This document shows positions 29,114-38,715 of a stretch of 64,000 nucleotides of DNA, one piece after another. Under the pieces are notes generated by a model. That model was not told the DNA's origin. It saw only the letters and a program-made list of their open reading frames with translations, and ran no database searches. Both the position numbers and the translations under genes were made by a program. The first letter of the stretch is position 1. Each line of letters opens with the position of its first letter. This stretch comes from Bacteroidales bacterium (lineage in GTDB: Bacteria; Bacteroidota; Bacteroidia; Bacteroidales; GCA-2748055), in the NCBI GenBank assembly GCA_021740585.1, contig JAIOZM010000001.1, positions 43,747 to 107,746 on the forward strand, in the 5' to 3' direction.

Positions 29114-29566
29114 TTTTATTAAAAATTGAGATAATTAAAGCTAATTCTTTTAAGAAGAGGATATTGTCTACACACAGTTTTCATTTCAGATTCTCACAAA
29201 TGGTAAAAGATCCTCAGAGTATTAATTATCCATCATTAATCTTAGCACTCAAATTTATTAAAAATCTGAAGAAGTATCGAAATTTTAGCAAAGTTGTTTT
29301 GATATTTATTGCTTGGAATTGCCATTTAAAGATAATATTTTTGTGGTACTTTAGACTTTGCTTACAAAGCAAAAGGTAATTTCTCCGGTTTACCCATATC
29401 TTTTGGATAATTTATTAGACTCACAGACGTTCTAATATCATTTATATTTATTAGACCGACTGGATATGATTAAAATGGAACAGGAGTATATTATAAAAAT
29501 TATTTCTGTTTTTTAATTTGGATAAGCCTGATATATAGCATTATATGATTATTTGAATAAAAACCT

Positions 29567-30787
29567 ATGAAAAAAACCATTTACTACATTGGAATTGTTG
29601 CTGTGATTTTATTGATGATTTTTGCAGCCTATTATACCTTCCGTTATGTAATTCCTACGCGTCTGGTTGAAGGAGAATATAAGGTTTACACTGTGGATTA
29701 TGGAGCGGTAACAAAAACGATTGAAGCACAGGGAATTGTTGTGCCTGAAAATGAAGTTTTAATTCGTAGTGTTTCCAATGGAGTTATTAAGAAAATTATT
29801 AATTCACCGGGAAGCGAAGTCAGACATGGCGAAATTATACTGATTATGGATACTGTTCCGATAAAAAGGGATATTGAAAGTGCCGAGGATCAGCTTGATG
29901 TAATGAGGAATAATCTTCGGAAAAACAAGTTAAATGCCAGATCTACAGAAGTCGATCTCGATTATAATGTTGAGACTAAGAAACTAAGAATTGCATCGGC
30001 AAAATCGGAATTGTCCGATCAGGAACAATTACTTGAAGTGGGGGGTATTTCTCCTGCTAAGATTGAGAAAACAAAGCAAGAACTGGTATTGGCAGAAAAA
30101 GAACTGGAAAGTATTTTAGAGAAAAATTCAATAAGGATAAAACAACTGGAAGCGGAAGAAGAAGGATTATTATTACAGATTACTATCAAAGAAAAGGAAC
30201 TGGAAAATAAAAGAGAAATTCTTAAGGATATGATTGTCAGAGCCCCTTCTTCAGGACTTGTATTAAATATTTATGGGAATGAAGGGGATAAGTTTAATGC
30301 CGGTGATGTGCTGGTCCAGGTATCAAATCTGAATTCCTATAAAATTACAGGAAGCATTGATGAGAAGTTTGCAGATGTAATAAAAACCGGGGGCTCTGTG
30401 TATACCAAACTCGATAAAAGATCTCTTCCGGGAAAAATTGGCAGGGTAAAACCGGTGATAGAAAATAATAAAGTAAATTTTGATGTTTTTCTCGAGGAGA
30501 GTTCACATCCAAAACTAATTCCAAATATGAAAGTGGAACTCGAAGTTGTAAGGGCTTTCCGGGATAGTGTTCTTCGCGTTAAAATTGGGGATGCGTTTGA
30601 AGGAGCCAGGCTAACGAATGCTTTTGTGATCGAGGATGGAAAAGCTATTCGAAAAGAAATTCAAATTGGTCTCATTGGATCCAGATATTTTGAAGTTCTT
30701 CGCGGACTTGAAGCTGGTGAAAAGGTTATTGTCTCAGATGTCCAATCTTTCAGACACATGAAAGTGGTTGAAATTGAGAATCATTAA
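29567..30787 (+). CDS. Membrane-fusion (HlyD/MacA-like) periplasmic adaptor
   Basis: N-terminal TM helix, a lipoyl-like half (GEIILIMD), a long coiled-coil hairpin, and the second half IVRAPSSGLVLNI. Confidence 0.8.
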   Translation: MKKTIYYIGIVAVILLMIFAAYYTFRYVIPTRLVEGEYKVYTVDYGAVTKTIEAQGIVVPENEVLIRSVSNGVIKKIINSPGSEVRHGEIILIMDTVPIKRDIESAEDQLDVMRNNLRKNKLNARSTEVDLDYNVETKKLRIASAKSELSDQEQLLEVGGISPAKIEKTKQELVLAEKELESILEKNSIRIKQLEAEEEGLLLQITIKEKELENKREILKDMIVRAPSSGLVLNIYGNEGDKFNAGDVLVQVSNLNSYKITGSIDEKFADVIKTGGSVYTKLDKRSLPGKIGRVKPVIENNKVNFDVFLEESSHPKLIPNMKVELEVVRAFRDSVLRVKIGDAFEGARLTNAFVIEDGKAIRKEIQIGLIGSRYFEVLRGLEAGEKVIVSDVQSFRHMKVVEIENH

Positions 30788-30797
30788 GAATAGAATC

Positions 30798-32285
30798 ATG
30801 ATTAGAATATTTCTGTTTGCTGTTTTTTTATTTGGCTTGTCTCTAAATTCACTGCGCGCTCAGGAGGAAGATGGCTTTATTACAAATTTAAGCCTGCGAA
30901 ATGTCGTTGACCTGGCTATCTATCAGTCGGCCTCAGTAAGGTATGCTCAGAATACCAATGTTAATTATTATTGGAGATGGCAGAATTTCAGAACCAGATT
31001 CAGGCCTCAATTGACCCTTTCTGGCGATTTACCCAATTATGGTAATTCTATTACAGAAAATTTGCAAGACGATGGAAGTACAAGTTTTACACGTGTTGAA
31101 AAACTTAAAACCTCAGCACAGCTTTCTTTAAATCAAAATATAGCAAGAACCGGAACCTATGTGTATGCGGCAAGTTATGTAAATCGTATTCAGGATTATA
31201 ATAATTCAACTATTGACTTTGCCGGAACTCCTTTCTCGGTTGGTTTTGTTCAACCCATTTTCGCTTATAACTGGGCAAAATGGGCAAAGAAATCGGAGCC
31301 CCTTTTATATGAAGAGGCAAATAAAGATTTTATTCAGCAACTTGAAGAGATTTCAAAAGAGGCTACCCGCAGATTTTTCAGGTATTTAACTGTGCAAACA
31401 AATTTTAAGCTCGCAGAAAGTAACCTTTCAAACAGCAGGGATAATCTGAAAATAGCAGATGCTAAAAAGATCTTAGGTCAGATTTCTGAAAATGATTATA
31501 GCAGGATCAAACTTTCCGTTTTAAACGCTCAGAAATCGTTAAACACTGCCCGGATGGATCTTAAAAATGCCGATTTTGAGTTAAAATCATACATCGGACT
31601 TGAGCAGGATCAAAAAATTGCACTTACCATACCACTTAATATGGTTCTTTTTGAAATAGATCCGGAAAGAGCTTTACAAGAGGCTTTTGAAAATCGAAAG
31701 GAAACCCCGCGATTTGAGCGACGACTCATTGATGCTGACAGAGAATTAGAGGAAGCCAAACGAAACTCAGGCCTTAGCGCAACTTTACGGGGAAGTTATG
31801 GGGTGTCAAATTCTGCATACGATTTCCCCGGTGTGTACGAATCCCCTGATATTGAACAGGTAGTCAGACTCAACCTCAGCATTCCCATTCTCGACTGGGG
31901 GCGCTCGGCATCTGCAATAAAACTGGCAGAGTCGGAAAGAGATCTGACTATTTTTGATGTGGAGAAGGATAAAAAAGATTTCGAGAGAAGTGTTATCGTA
32001 CAAGTTGAGCAGTTTAGTTTGCTCAAGGATCAGATGATTACTGCTGAGGAGGCTGACAAAGTAGCAGAGAATGGTTACCTGATTGCCCTCAAGAAATTCC
32101 AAAATGGGGAAATAAGTATCACAGATCTGAATATTTCATTGGGTGAAAGGGAAAAAGCCAAAAGAGATTATATCGATTCACTGCAAGATTATTGGAGGGC
32201 ATATTACAACCTTCGTATTTTAACCCTTTACGATTTTGAGCTCGATCAGAAAATCAGTTATGTGAATCCTTTGTTGGAGGAGTAG
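30798..32285 (+). CDS. TolC-family outer-membrane efflux protein
   Basis: Trimmed to ATG 30798 (MIRIFLFAVFLFGLSLNSLRAQ). Two-repeat helical/beta architecture, with L.LRNVVDLAIYQS and DYWRAYYNLRILT at the ends. Confidence 0.75.
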   Translation: MIRIFLFAVFLFGLSLNSLRAQEEDGFITNLSLRNVVDLAIYQSASVRYAQNTNVNYYWRWQNFRTRFRPQLTLSGDLPNYGNSITENLQDDGSTSFTRVEKLKTSAQLSLNQNIARTGTYVYAASYVNRIQDYNNSTIDFAGTPFSVGFVQPIFAYNWAKWAKKSEPLLYEEANKDFIQQLEEISKEATRRFFRYLTVQTNFKLAESNLSNSRDNLKIADAKKILGQISENDYSRIKLSVLNAQKSLNTARMDLKNADFELKSYIGLEQDQKIALTIPLNMVLFEIDPERALQEAFENRKETPRFERRLIDADRELEEAKRNSGLSATLRGSYGVSNSAYDFPGVYESPDIEQVVRLNLSIPILDWGRSASAIKLAESERDLTIFDVEKDKKDFERSVIVQVEQFSLLKDQMITAEEADKVAENGYLIALKKFQNGEISITDLNISLGEREKAKRDYIDSLQDYWRAYYNLRILTLYDFELDQKISYVNPLLEE

Positions 32286-32392
32286 TTGGTGTGGCGGTAT
32301 GTTGGTGAGGTGGTGATGTTTAAGTATGCTAATTGGTACTAAAATGATTTTTTTTAATTATCGGGAAATCTAATTCAAAGCTCGGTTTAACT

Positions 32393-32413
32393 CCTCCCCA
32401 CTTTAGGGGGAGG
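32393..32413. terminator. GC-rich hairpin between convergent tolC-like and prfB
   Basis: cctcccc (32393-32399) pairs with ggggagg (32407-32413), with a 7-nt loop. No clear U tract. Confidence 0.35.
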
Positions 32414-32448
32414 CGGGGTGGGGGTTTGCCTCTCTACAGAAAAAAATC

Positions 32449-33535
32449 CTACCTCCCAAACTCCATTAAAAATGCCTTAATAAAAGGATTCAGATTTCCG
32501 TCTAAAACATCCTGAACGTTTCCGGTTTCATAATTAGTACGAAGATCTTTGGCTAATTTATATGGGTGAAGCACGTAATTCCTGATTTGAGATCCCCATT
32601 CAATTTTTTTCTTCGTGCTTTCAATCTCCTGCTGTTTTTCCATCTTTTTTCTCAGTTCCATTTCATACAAATGAGACCGTAGAATTCGCATGGCATTTTC
32701 TTTATTCTTGCCCTGTGATCTGGTTTCAGTGTTTTCGACCGTTATTCCGGTAGGAAGGTGTCTGACACGCACCCCCGTTTCAACTTTGTTTACATTCTGC
32801 CCACCTGCGCCTCCGGAGCGGAAGGTGTCCCAGCTCAGATCGGAAGGATTAATAACTATTTCAATATCATCATCTACTACCGGAGAAACAAATACAGAGG
32901 CAAAGGAAGTATGTCGACGTGCATTGGAATCGAAAGGGGAGATTCTTACCAGACGGTGAACACCATTTTCTGCCTTAAGAAATCCATAAGCATAATCACC
33001 CGTAAATTCCAGAGTAACTGACTTGATCCCAGCCTCATCGCCATATAGGAGACTGATTTCTTTGACTTTAAAGTCGTTTCTTTCACCGTATCGCAAATAC
33101 ATTCTCATGAGCATTTCTGCCCAATCCTGACTTTCTGTACCCCCCGCACCGGCATTGATTTTTAAAATAGCTCCAAATTCATCCTCCTCTTTTCCAAGCA
33201 TATTTCTGAATTCCAAAGCTTCAATACGCTCAATGGTAGTAGTATGCTGAGCTATTACTTCATCTTCCTCGGCTTCTTTTTCCTGGTAGAATTCAAATAA
33301 AACCTGCAAATCTTCAATACTGCGTTCTATGGCTTCAAAAGAATTGGTCCAGCTTTTCAGGCGTGAAATTTCTTTGAGTTTGAGCTCGGCTTTTTTGGCA
33401 TCATCCCAAAATCCGGGTTCCTGGGTAACTCTTTCCTGTTCTAAAATATCTTTTAATTTATTATCGATGTCAAAGATGCCTCCTTAACGCATCCCGGCGA
33501 TCAATAACAGATTTCATTTCGTCATTGTTTATCAT
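32449..33535 (-). CDS. prfB: Peptide chain release factor 2, requires programmed +1 frameshift (segments 33535..33473 and 33471..32449)
   Basis: Frame 0 from ATG 33535 reads MINNDEMKSVIDRRDALRRHL and then UGA (33472..33470). The +1 frame continues DIDNKLKDILEQERVTQEPGFWDD... into track ORF 32449..33309, which carries the SPF and GGQ motifs (RSGGAGGQNVNKVETGV). Confidence 0.95.
33469..33486 (-). promoter_or_regulatory. RF2 autoregulatory +1 frameshift site
   Basis: Minus strand reads UAAGGAGGCAUCUUUGAC: an SD-like AGGAGG, 3 nt, then the CUU UGA C slippery/stop context. Confidence 0.9.
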
Positions 33536-33673
33536 AAGCTGATTTTAAATTATTTCCAAAGTTAGTTAACTAATTTGTGCCAGAAAGAAAACTTCTGTGT
33601 TTTTAAGTCTCTGCAGAGACTAATTAGTTTCCCTTTAAATTACCCTTCTTTAGTCATTTAAAAACTAAAACTT

Positions 33674-34153
33674 CTATTCATCATTCAGAACCTCAGCAAT
33701 TGCCTTATAAATTAAATCGCTTTCAAAACCTTTAGAGCCGAGGAATCTAAAAATTTTACCTTTTCGGCTGTAGATATTACTATCGGTAATTTTTCTATTT
33801 TTTTCCCGAACAAGTTCTAGAATTAATTCGTAGTATGCATCATCATCAATAAGCGACAAACCTTCTTCAATGATGTCGGAATCCACCTTCTTAATCTTTA
33901 ATGATTGTCGAATTTTAATCTTCCCCCAGTGATTGAACCTGAATTTGTCGCGACAAAAGAATGTGCTGTACCTCCTGTCGTCGATGAATTTGTCTCTTTT
34001 CAGACTTTCTAAAATTCCTGAAATCTCATTTTCATTTAAGGAATAGGATTTAAGTTTTTCGACGATTTCTCCACTGCATTTTTCTGATTTAGAACAGATA
34101 ATCTGCATGCGATCGAGGGCTGATTTTATGATTTCTTCGCGTTCCCGGCTCAT
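33674..34153 (-). CDS. recX: RecX-like regulatory protein
   Basis: 159 aa with three helical repeats. ALDRMQIICSKSEKCSGEIVEKL and RRYSTFFCRDKFRFNHWGKIKIRQSL are typical of RecX. Confidence 0.7.
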   Translation of the reverse strand: MSREREEIIKSALDRMQIICSKSEKCSGEIVEKLKSYSLNENEISGILESLKRDKFIDDRRYSTFFCRDKFRFNHWGKIKIRQSLKIKKVDSDIIEEGLSLIDDDAYYELILELVREKNRKITDSNIYSRKGKIFRFLGSKGFESDLIYKAIAEVLNDE

Positions 34154-34998
34154 TTTTTCTGAGCTTTAATTATTCTGTTTTTACCATGAATATCCTGTAA
34201 AAGGCATATATTATCAAAACCATTCTGCAAAAGTATAACTTTCATTTCTTCTCCAAACATTTCATTAATTTCAAAATACAATCTTCCTTTTTTATTGAGT
34301 TTATTATTGGAGAATGTTATAATTGCTTTATAAAAAACCAGTGGATCATCGTTGGGAACAAAAAGGGCGATAGAAGGTTCGTAATTTAGAACATGGGGAA
34401 GCATTTGTTCTTTTTCCTGCATTCTAACATATGGGGGATTGCTGACAATTACATCAAATGACGGATATTTTGATACGTCAGGAGATAAGATATTATCAGG
34501 AATAAACCTAATATTACTTTTATACAGAACAGAATTTCTTTCTGCCATATTTATTGCTTCTGATGAAATATCTGAGGCGTAAACCCGGGCAAGCTTTAGC
34601 TCACCGGCGAGACTTACAGCTATACAGCCTGATCCGGTTCCAATATCAAGAATATTCAGTTTTAAAGTTCTATCAGTTTCCTTTAAAATTTCAATAACCA
34701 ACTCTTCAGTTTCCTGTCTTGGAATAAGACAATGTTCATTCACATAAATCTTCTTGTCCATAAACCAGGTATATCCAAGAATATATTGGATGGGTTTATT
34801 TTTAAGTAATTCCCTGATCCATAATTCCAATTGTAATAATTGCTTTTCTGAAAGAAATGGATTCTCAAGCATGGCGACCGGACTAAGGTCGTATTCCAAA
34901 TGTTCAAGCATAAGTCTGGCAACAGAACGCCCTTCCTGTTCAGAATAAACAGGTTTAAGCTTCTTAATAATATATCTTATGCTTTCAGTTAAATTCAA
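34150..34998 (-). CDS. prmC: Release-factor glutamine N5-methyltransferase
   Basis: Motifs LIPRQETE, ILDIGTGSGCIA and the catalytic SNPPY. The track ATG at 35085 would overlap ribD by 55-61 nt. A TTG at 34998 gives the typical N-terminus (M)NLTESIRYI. Confidence 0.8.
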   Translation of the reverse strand: MNLTESIRYIIKKLKPVYSEQEGRSVARLMLEHLEYDLSPVAMLENPFLSEKQLLQLELWIRELLKNKPIQYILGYTWFMDKKIYVNEHCLIPRQETEELVIEILKETDRTLKLNILDIGTGSGCIAVSLAGELKLARVYASDISSEAINMAERNSVLYKSNIRFIPDNILSPDVSKYPSFDVIVSNPPYVRMQEKEQMLPHVLNYEPSIALFVPNDDPLVFYKAIITFSNNKLNKKGRLYFEINEMFGEEMKVILLQNGFDNICLLQDIHGKNRIIKAQKK

Positions 34999-35030
34999 AT
35001 CCTTATTTTTGTTAAAATTAACAATTGAAA

Positions 35031-36095
35031 ATGGAAACCATAACTTCCGATGTGAAATATATGCGCAGGTGTTTAGAACTTGCACGAAAAGCTAAGGGAA
35101 AAACCGGCATAAATCCCTTGGTTGGTTGTGTAATTGTGCATAAAGACCGGATAATTGGGGAAGGTTATCACGAAAGCTTTGGTGGCCCACATGCAGAAGT
35201 AAATGCTATTTCTTCGGTTAAAAACCAGAATCTTCTTTCAGAATCAACACTATATGTAAATCTGGAACCTTGCTCTCATTATGGGAAAACCCCTCCTTGT
35301 TCTTTGTTGATTCGTAAAATGAAAATCCCATGCGTTGTGATTGGCGTCATAGATCCAAATCCAAAAGTTTCAGGCAATGGAGTCGCCGGTCTCGAAGAGG
35401 CGGGAATTAATGTCATAACCGGTGTTCTTGAAAAAGAATCGATAGAACTTAATCGCAAGTTTTTTACAAATATTCTAAAGAAACGACCTTATATTATCTT
35501 AAAATGGGCAGAAAGCAAGGATGGTTTCATTGATAAAATACGCGATCAGAATTCTCCCATTGAACCAACATGGATTACAAATACCACCGCCAGAAAGCTG
35601 GTTCATAAATGGAGAGGAGAGGAAGACGCCATATTTACCGGCGTTAATACTGTTTTAATGGATGATCCCGCTTTAAACCTTCGCGATTGGAGTGGGAATC
35701 AGCCTGTCAGAATTTCCATAGACAGACACAACAGGATTAGCCCTAATGCGAAAATCAAAAACGGGAAGCAGGAAACCATTATTTTTTCATATCAAAAAAC
35801 GAGCAGTGACACTTTTAATCAGGAAATGCCGGGTGAATTTTCAATTTCAGATATGCTTGATTTTTTATATAAAAAGCAAATTGCATCTGTAATTGTGGAG
35901 GGAGGAGCAAAAATAATAAATAGTTTTATAAGAGATGGTTTGTGGGATGAAGCCCGCGTTTTTAAAGGGAAAAGTGTTTTTGGGAATGGGATTATCTCTC
36001 CTGTAATAACTTTTCCTCCAAATGAAAGGATTCCTTATTGTAACAGCTTATTATTAATCACGTATAACAGAATTAATTGGCAGAAAAATATTTAA
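35031..36095 (+). CDS. ribD: Bifunctional riboflavin biosynthesis deaminase/reductase
   Basis: Deaminase motifs HAEVNA and PCSHYGKTPPCS, followed by the reductase half (ILKWAESKDGFI). ATG at 35031; the track start at 35025 is TTG. Confidence 0.9.
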   Translation: METITSDVKYMRRCLELARKAKGKTGINPLVGCVIVHKDRIIGEGYHESFGGPHAEVNAISSVKNQNLLSESTLYVNLEPCSHYGKTPPCSLLIRKMKIPCVVIGVIDPNPKVSGNGVAGLEEAGINVITGVLEKESIELNRKFFTNILKKRPYIILKWAESKDGFIDKIRDQNSPIEPTWITNTTARKLVHKWRGEEDAIFTGVNTVLMDDPALNLRDWSGNQPVRISIDRHNRISPNAKIKNGKQETIIFSYQKTSSDTFNQEMPGEFSISDMLDFLYKKQIASVIVEGGAKIINSFIRDGLWDEARVFKGKSVFGNGIISPVITFPPNERIPYCNSLLLITYNRINWQKNI

Positions 36096-36365
36096 ATTTT
36101 GGTGTAATTATTGTATATTTGTTCATGTTCATTTAAATAAAGAGTTTTGTTACTGAATAACAATAAGTTGAAAGTAAATAACATAAAGAATTTCTTAGTC
36201 ATTTAATACCAGATAAACGTGTTAAAGCCTAATGACATAAACATTGAGTAATAAACTTTTCGATTCGGTTTGCTTACTAACAAATTTATATACGAGATTA
36301 GCAAATGAGCAGGATTTAAGAATTTATTACATAAAGAAACATTTTGATAAAATAAATTAACCGCT

Positions 36366-38708
36366 ATGAAACGATACATAATCACTGCAATAATACTGGT
36401 GTTTTTTGGGACAACCTATGCCTCTTCGCAAAATGCCAAACAGTTCTACAAAGTAGGCGAGCAATTCTTTGAGAATAAAATGTATGATGATGCCATCGAA
36501 CAATTTACTGCTGCCATCAACTTTGATCCTGAAATGGATAAAGCCTATTTGTTCAGGGCTCAGGTGTATGAGAAACAAAGAAATTATGCATCTGCCCTTC
36601 TCGATTATAATAAACTTTGCATTTTTGATGAAGGTGAGGAAGAATATTTCTATAAAAGTGCTGAAATGAGTTACAATTTGAAGGATTATTCTAAATGCCT
36701 GACTACAGTTGAAAAAGCCCTTAAATTGAACAGCAGCTATTCACAGGCATTGGAATTAAAATTTAATGCACTATTTGCTCTGGAACAATATGCTGAAGCT
36801 TTGGATGTGTCAAAAAGAGCATTGAGGTACAAGGAAAGTGAAGTAAACTTTTATAATTATGGCAGAATTAACGAGGTGATGGGGCTCAATGATGATGCTA
36901 TTGATGCCTATACAAAGGCCCTTCGTAAAAACAGCTCTTTTCTGGAAGTTTATGTTAAACTGGCTGATTTATACCGCCGTCAGGCAAATCTGACATCGGC
37001 TATGGAAACCATTAATAATGCAATTGGAATAAGTAATAATTTTATCCCGGCATATGAGGTAAGAAGTGCAATTTATTCAGATCAACTTAACTATACAAAA
37101 GCTATTGAAGATATTTCAACCATTCTATCCCTTGATCCTTCCAACACGAAAATGTTCTTTTTAAGAGGAAAATATTATCAGGGATATGCTCAGCATATGA
37201 ATGCCATTACTGATTTTACCAAAGTAATAAGTCTGGATCCTGCATTTGTTGAAGCTTATTTTAACAGAGCCCAATCATACGAACAGGTTCAAATGTTGGA
37301 TAATGCTATTAATGATTATAAGCAGTTAGCATTGATTGCTGAAGATAATGAAGAGGCAATGGAAATGTTAGCACAGGCTGAAGGCCGGCTATTTGAATTG
37401 AACAGGGAAAATAAAAAACCAAAATTAGTACTTTCAACCCCGGAGGAGCAATTGGGAAGGGTTCTTCATATTCCCAGATCTGAAAATGTTGTACCTATTG
37501 TTGGAACAGCCACAGATGATAGCGAAATAAAATCTATTAAGGTTAATGATTTGACTACTCCTTTTACGAAAAAAGATAAGGGCTTTGAATTTTTGACTTC
37601 AGTTAACGTTAACGGATTGAAAAATTTAAAGGTTGAAGTTACCGACGTATACGATAATACAGAATTGGTTTTGTTCGACATTTTGAGGACTGAGGTTGAA
37701 AAACCGGTGGTTAAAATAATAGCGCCTTATGCTTCTGACAATAATGTAATTTATTTAGATACTCAGGATCCAATGATTTATGTAGAAGGCGTTATTTCTG
37801 ATGAAAGTCTGATAAAGGGAATTTATATCGATGGTGTTGTGGCAAGTTATGTCCCCAGCGATCTGAATCCAACCTTTGGAGCTATGATTTCAATTAAAAA
37901 TAAGAATCAGTTCACCATTAAAGCTACTGACGGATTTGGAAATGTCTCCGAAACCACTTTTTCTCTAAACCGGGAGTCAGCTAATTTGCAGGCTGACAAT
38001 CCCATGGGAAAAACCTGGGTTGTGTTTATTGAAAATTCCAATTATCAAAGTTTTGCTAGTTTGGAAGGACCAACCAAGGACATTTTACTTATGAAAACGG
38101 CTCTGGCGAATTATAGTATTCATAACTTTATACATAAGAAAGATATGACGAAGCAGGATATGGAGAGGTTCTTCGCTATTGAACTTCGTGATCTTCTTAG
38201 TAGCAACAGGGTAAACTCCTTACTTGTTTGGTACGCCGGTCATGGGAAATTTGTTAATGAAACCGGTTACTGGGTCCCTGTCGATGCTAAAAGGGATGAC
38301 GAATTTACTTACTTCAATATTAATGCACTAAAGGCTTCCATGCAATCATACCCAACCAATGTTAATCACACCCTTATTATTACAGATGCCTGTGAATCGG
38401 GTCCTTCTTTTTATCAGGCCATGAGATCGGGTTTGCAGGATAGAAATTGCAATGATGTTTCTGCAGTAAAATTAAAATCTTCTCAGGTATTCTCATCTGC
38501 AGGTTATGAGCTGGCTGTCGACAATAGCCAGTTTACCAGAACATTTGCTAACTCCTTGGCCAACAATGTAGATGCTTGCATTCCAATTGAAAGTATCGTT
38601 CAAAAAGTTACAGATGCTGTGGTTAATTCAAAACAGCAAAAACCTCAGTTTGGCAAAATTGCCGGTCTTGAGGATGAAAATGGCACATTCTTTTTTATAA
38701 CAAAATAA
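36366..38708 (+). CDS. Secreted TPR - 2x Ig-like - caspase (peptidase C14) protein
   Basis: Signal peptide MKRYIITAIILVFFGTTYASSQ, followed by about 9 TPRs (aa 25-345) and two Ig-like modules. The caspase domain has WVVFIENSNYQ ... LLVWYAGHG (His626, 38241-38243) ... LIITDACESG (Cys676, 38391-38393). The C-terminal QFGKI..(E/D).G.F(F/V)F tail is shared with the 4412..6091 protein. Confidence 0.8.
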   Translation: MKRYIITAIILVFFGTTYASSQNAKQFYKVGEQFFENKMYDDAIEQFTAAINFDPEMDKAYLFRAQVYEKQRNYASALLDYNKLCIFDEGEEEYFYKSAEMSYNLKDYSKCLTTVEKALKLNSSYSQALELKFNALFALEQYAEALDVSKRALRYKESEVNFYNYGRINEVMGLNDDAIDAYTKALRKNSSFLEVYVKLADLYRRQANLTSAMETINNAIGISNNFIPAYEVRSAIYSDQLNYTKAIEDISTILSLDPSNTKMFFLRGKYYQGYAQHMNAITDFTKVISLDPAFVEAYFNRAQSYEQVQMLDNAINDYKQLALIAEDNEEAMEMLAQAEGRLFELNRENKKPKLVLSTPEEQLGRVLHIPRSENVVPIVGTATDDSEIKSIKVNDLTTPFTKKDKGFEFLTSVNVNGLKNLKVEVTDVYDNTELVLFDILRTEVEKPVVKIIAPYASDNNVIYLDTQDPMIYVEGVISDESLIKGIYIDGVVASYVPSDLNPTFGAMISIKNKNQFTIKATDGFGNVSETTFSLNRESANLQADNPMGKTWVVFIENSNYQSFASLEGPTKDILLMKTALANYSIHNFIHKKDMTKQDMERFFAIELRDLLSSNRVNSLLVWYAGHGKFVNETGYWVPVDAKRDDEFTYFNINALKASMQSYPTNVNHTLIITDACESGPSFYQAMRSGLQDRNCNDVSAVKLKSSQVFSSAGYELAVDNSQFTRTFANSLANNVDACIPIESIVQKVTDAVVNSKQQKPQFGKIAGLEDENGTFFFITK

Positions 38709-38715
38709 TTTAGCA

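Noticed and set aside
33606-33621. 16-bp perfect palindrome AGTCTCTGCAGAGACT downstream of recX
   Set aside because: It has only a 6-bp stem with a 4-nt loop and no U tract on the minus strand. That is too weak to call a terminator, and it may simply contain a PstI-like site.
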